Positions 61,721 through 64,000 of a stretch of 64,000 nucleotides of DNA are shown piece after piece. The notes under the pieces are model-generated. The model worked only from the letters and a program-made list of their open reading frames with translations, made no database searches and had not been told where the DNA came from. Each line of letters opens with the position of its first letter. The stretch's first letter is position 1. Source of the stretch: Isurus oxyrinchus (Eukaryota); assembly GCA_026770705.1 (NCBI GenBank), contig JANJGN010000029.1, positions 10,230,001-10,294,000 on the forward strand, read 5' to 3'. The position numbers and the translations under genes were made by a program.

Positions 61721-64000
61721 CCATGTGTTTGGAAGGTGCTATCTAAAGGACCTTGGTGAGTTTTTGCAGTTCTGTGTTTATTGAATGGCAGAGCAGGCTT
61801 AAGGGGCTGAATGGCTTTCTCCTGCTCCTAATGTGTATGTTCAGATCTTATCAAGCCTCCTGTGCGGCAATTTGTTGAAGGCCTTCCTGAAGTCACCGGG
61901 ATCATGTAGAAATTTGAAGAAAACTCCAGTCTGTTGTTTGTAATACACATGAAGTCTTTATCATTTAACAAAATGGTAGAACCAAACCATTGTACAGTCA
62001 ATACTGTTACTAACATAAATAATTAAACATATTTAGCACAGCCATTTGCACAAAATGAGAATACCATGTCCTACAAGCATGTTTCTACACACGGATGCTT
62101 CTATTGTAAAAGGGTGACATGTCTCGCATTCTGGGCTCCACACAATAGTGCTGACTTCAGTGTGAGTATCCCATGAGCTAGATTGTTATTCACTTGAAAC
62201 AGAACCTAGTAGTGCGAGAATCTTTAGTTATGAGCAACGGTTCTGAAAATTTGTATTCTTTGAAAAACCTTGAACTCTGAATGTGACAAATTTAAGTTTC
62301 AAGATTAAAGAACAAATTGACCAGTTGAATCAAAGGGCCCAAATATCAGGGTGTGCCAAAAGTTTTGAAGTTAGAAACCTGACAAAAATGCTTCATTTTA
62401 GTTTACGATCAGTGTTATAGCTTCTTTCTCCTAAGGAGTTAAGATGTTTCAGTCTACTGTGGCCTACTCCCACTCCTAATTCGTAAGTTCGTATGTTGAA
62501 GGAAAGGATTGCTAAGAGTGCCTATTGGGAATTCAAGTTGCAATGCACAGTTTAACACTATATGGCCTCAACATTGGAACATTATGGTCCATATTAGCAT
62601 AAAGCACTCCCAGGACAACTAAAACAGATGGTTAATTCAGAATAACCCTCCCTCAAGTATACTCCAACAATCTTAATCTCAGATGAACATCCTTTGCTAT
62701 GACTTTTCCATTTCCCTCAAACGAATGGCTCCTCTGAGTGGAGCTGCCAACTTAATGTCACCCCATGGCAAGTTTGGGACCAGTTTCTGTGCACCCACCG
62801 GCTGCCCAAACTCATTTCAGGTCGGACGCTTTTAGACTGCAGAGGAAGAGGGTGCTCTCAGCCTATACCCACCTGGGTTCAATTCAAACCCAGGTGAGAT
62901 GCCAGTGTACTGACCCATTGCAGTCTGCAGTCCCCTTGGTGGCAACTCTCAAGTAAGGTGATTGCTATCCCATGGGTTTAAGTGGGCTGCATATTGTAGC
63001 CTAGAAGGTGCGGTACGAGAAGATGCTGGTATGAAATTCCCTTCGTCACCTTCTTCAGTGAAGCTGTTCATTCACCTGAGGTAAACTGAATGGCGTCTGC
63101 TTTCAAATAGTGGGCAGCCATTTTGACCATACGCATTAACCTGTGCATTGATTTCGGCAAGAACAACAGCTTGGGCAGAATGTTATGTCCCCTCCGCCCT
63201 CACTGGCGGGTTTGTAGATGGCAGGGGGGGGGTGGGTGGGTGGGTGACTGTAAAATTTTTCGGAAGACCTTCCTGCTCAGCTCCCGTCTGCCTGACCTCT
63301 TCGCAATTTTACACCAGGACAGGCGAGGCCTCGACTGCTCAGCTCGCCATCGCCCTATTGGAAACTCTCATGTGGCCAATTATTGACTGCTTAAGGGCTG
63401 TTTCCCACACAGCCTCAATTTTCAGGCGGGAGGGGGGAGTTCAGGGGCCAGGGTGGGGGTCGGTGGGTGTGGGGGGGGGGGGGGGGGCGAAAATTAACCC
63501 TGTTTGGGCCTAGGGTGGGAAGAGAGGGGGGAACGTGCCTCCCTCAACAGCTTCCTTTAACATCGGACAACCCCTACAAAAGGTCTGACCCCAGCAGCGG
63601 CTTCCTTCTCCCACACCCCAGGCCTCTCCACCCTCCTCTGCCCACTCCCCCAAGCTTCACCTACCCACCCTGTCCAGAGACCAGCACACTTACCTTGCTC
63701 TGAACTCCTGGGGCTTAGACTCTGGGGACTGCTTGGAGTCCCGGTCCTGTCCACTGCAGCTTCTGGCACTGCAGGGTCTCGAGACATTGGCCAGCGCCTC
63801 TCTGAGGCAGGAATGCCTCCCGAGTGAGGGCCAAGTCCCACCTCCAGCCAATCAAAGCTCATTGGAGCATGAGGCTGCGGGGCAGCCGGTACAGACAGGG
63901 ATGTGTTTGCTACCGACTCGCAGATAGCGGGAAGGAGAAGTCCAACATTCGAGCTATCCTGGCCCCTGCTTTATAGCTGCTTTAACGCTGTTCCAAGTTG

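Noticed and set aside
63030-63065. Possible hammerhead on the minus strand (ctgaagaaggtgacgaag)
   Set aside because: No GAAA core or convincing stems.

Overview
Eukaryotic vertebrate genomic DNA, most likely a cartilaginous fish (shark), judged from its repeats: HER1/CR1-type LINEs, DeuSINE/SacSINE-like SINEs, and Penelope-like elements carrying hammerhead motifs. Two spliced genes share a ~480-bp GC-rich bidirectional promoter near 17.2-17.6 kb. ATP13A1 (ER P5A-ATPase) runs on the minus strand with exons 1-4 in the window. CHCHD5 (mitochondrial intermembrane-space twin CX9C protein) runs on the plus strand with 4 exons and a start codon split AT|G across intron 1. Most of the remaining sequence is transposable-element debris, including a near full-length CR1 LINE at 41-44.9 kb. 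The most unusual object is a decayed Gypsy-type LTR element at 49.5-52.0 kb (minus strand): its gag, CCHC and protease region is followed by an intronless copy of the N-terminal coiled coil of the nucleoporin TPR instead of RT/integrase. Homology calls come from recalled family motifs, not database searches.
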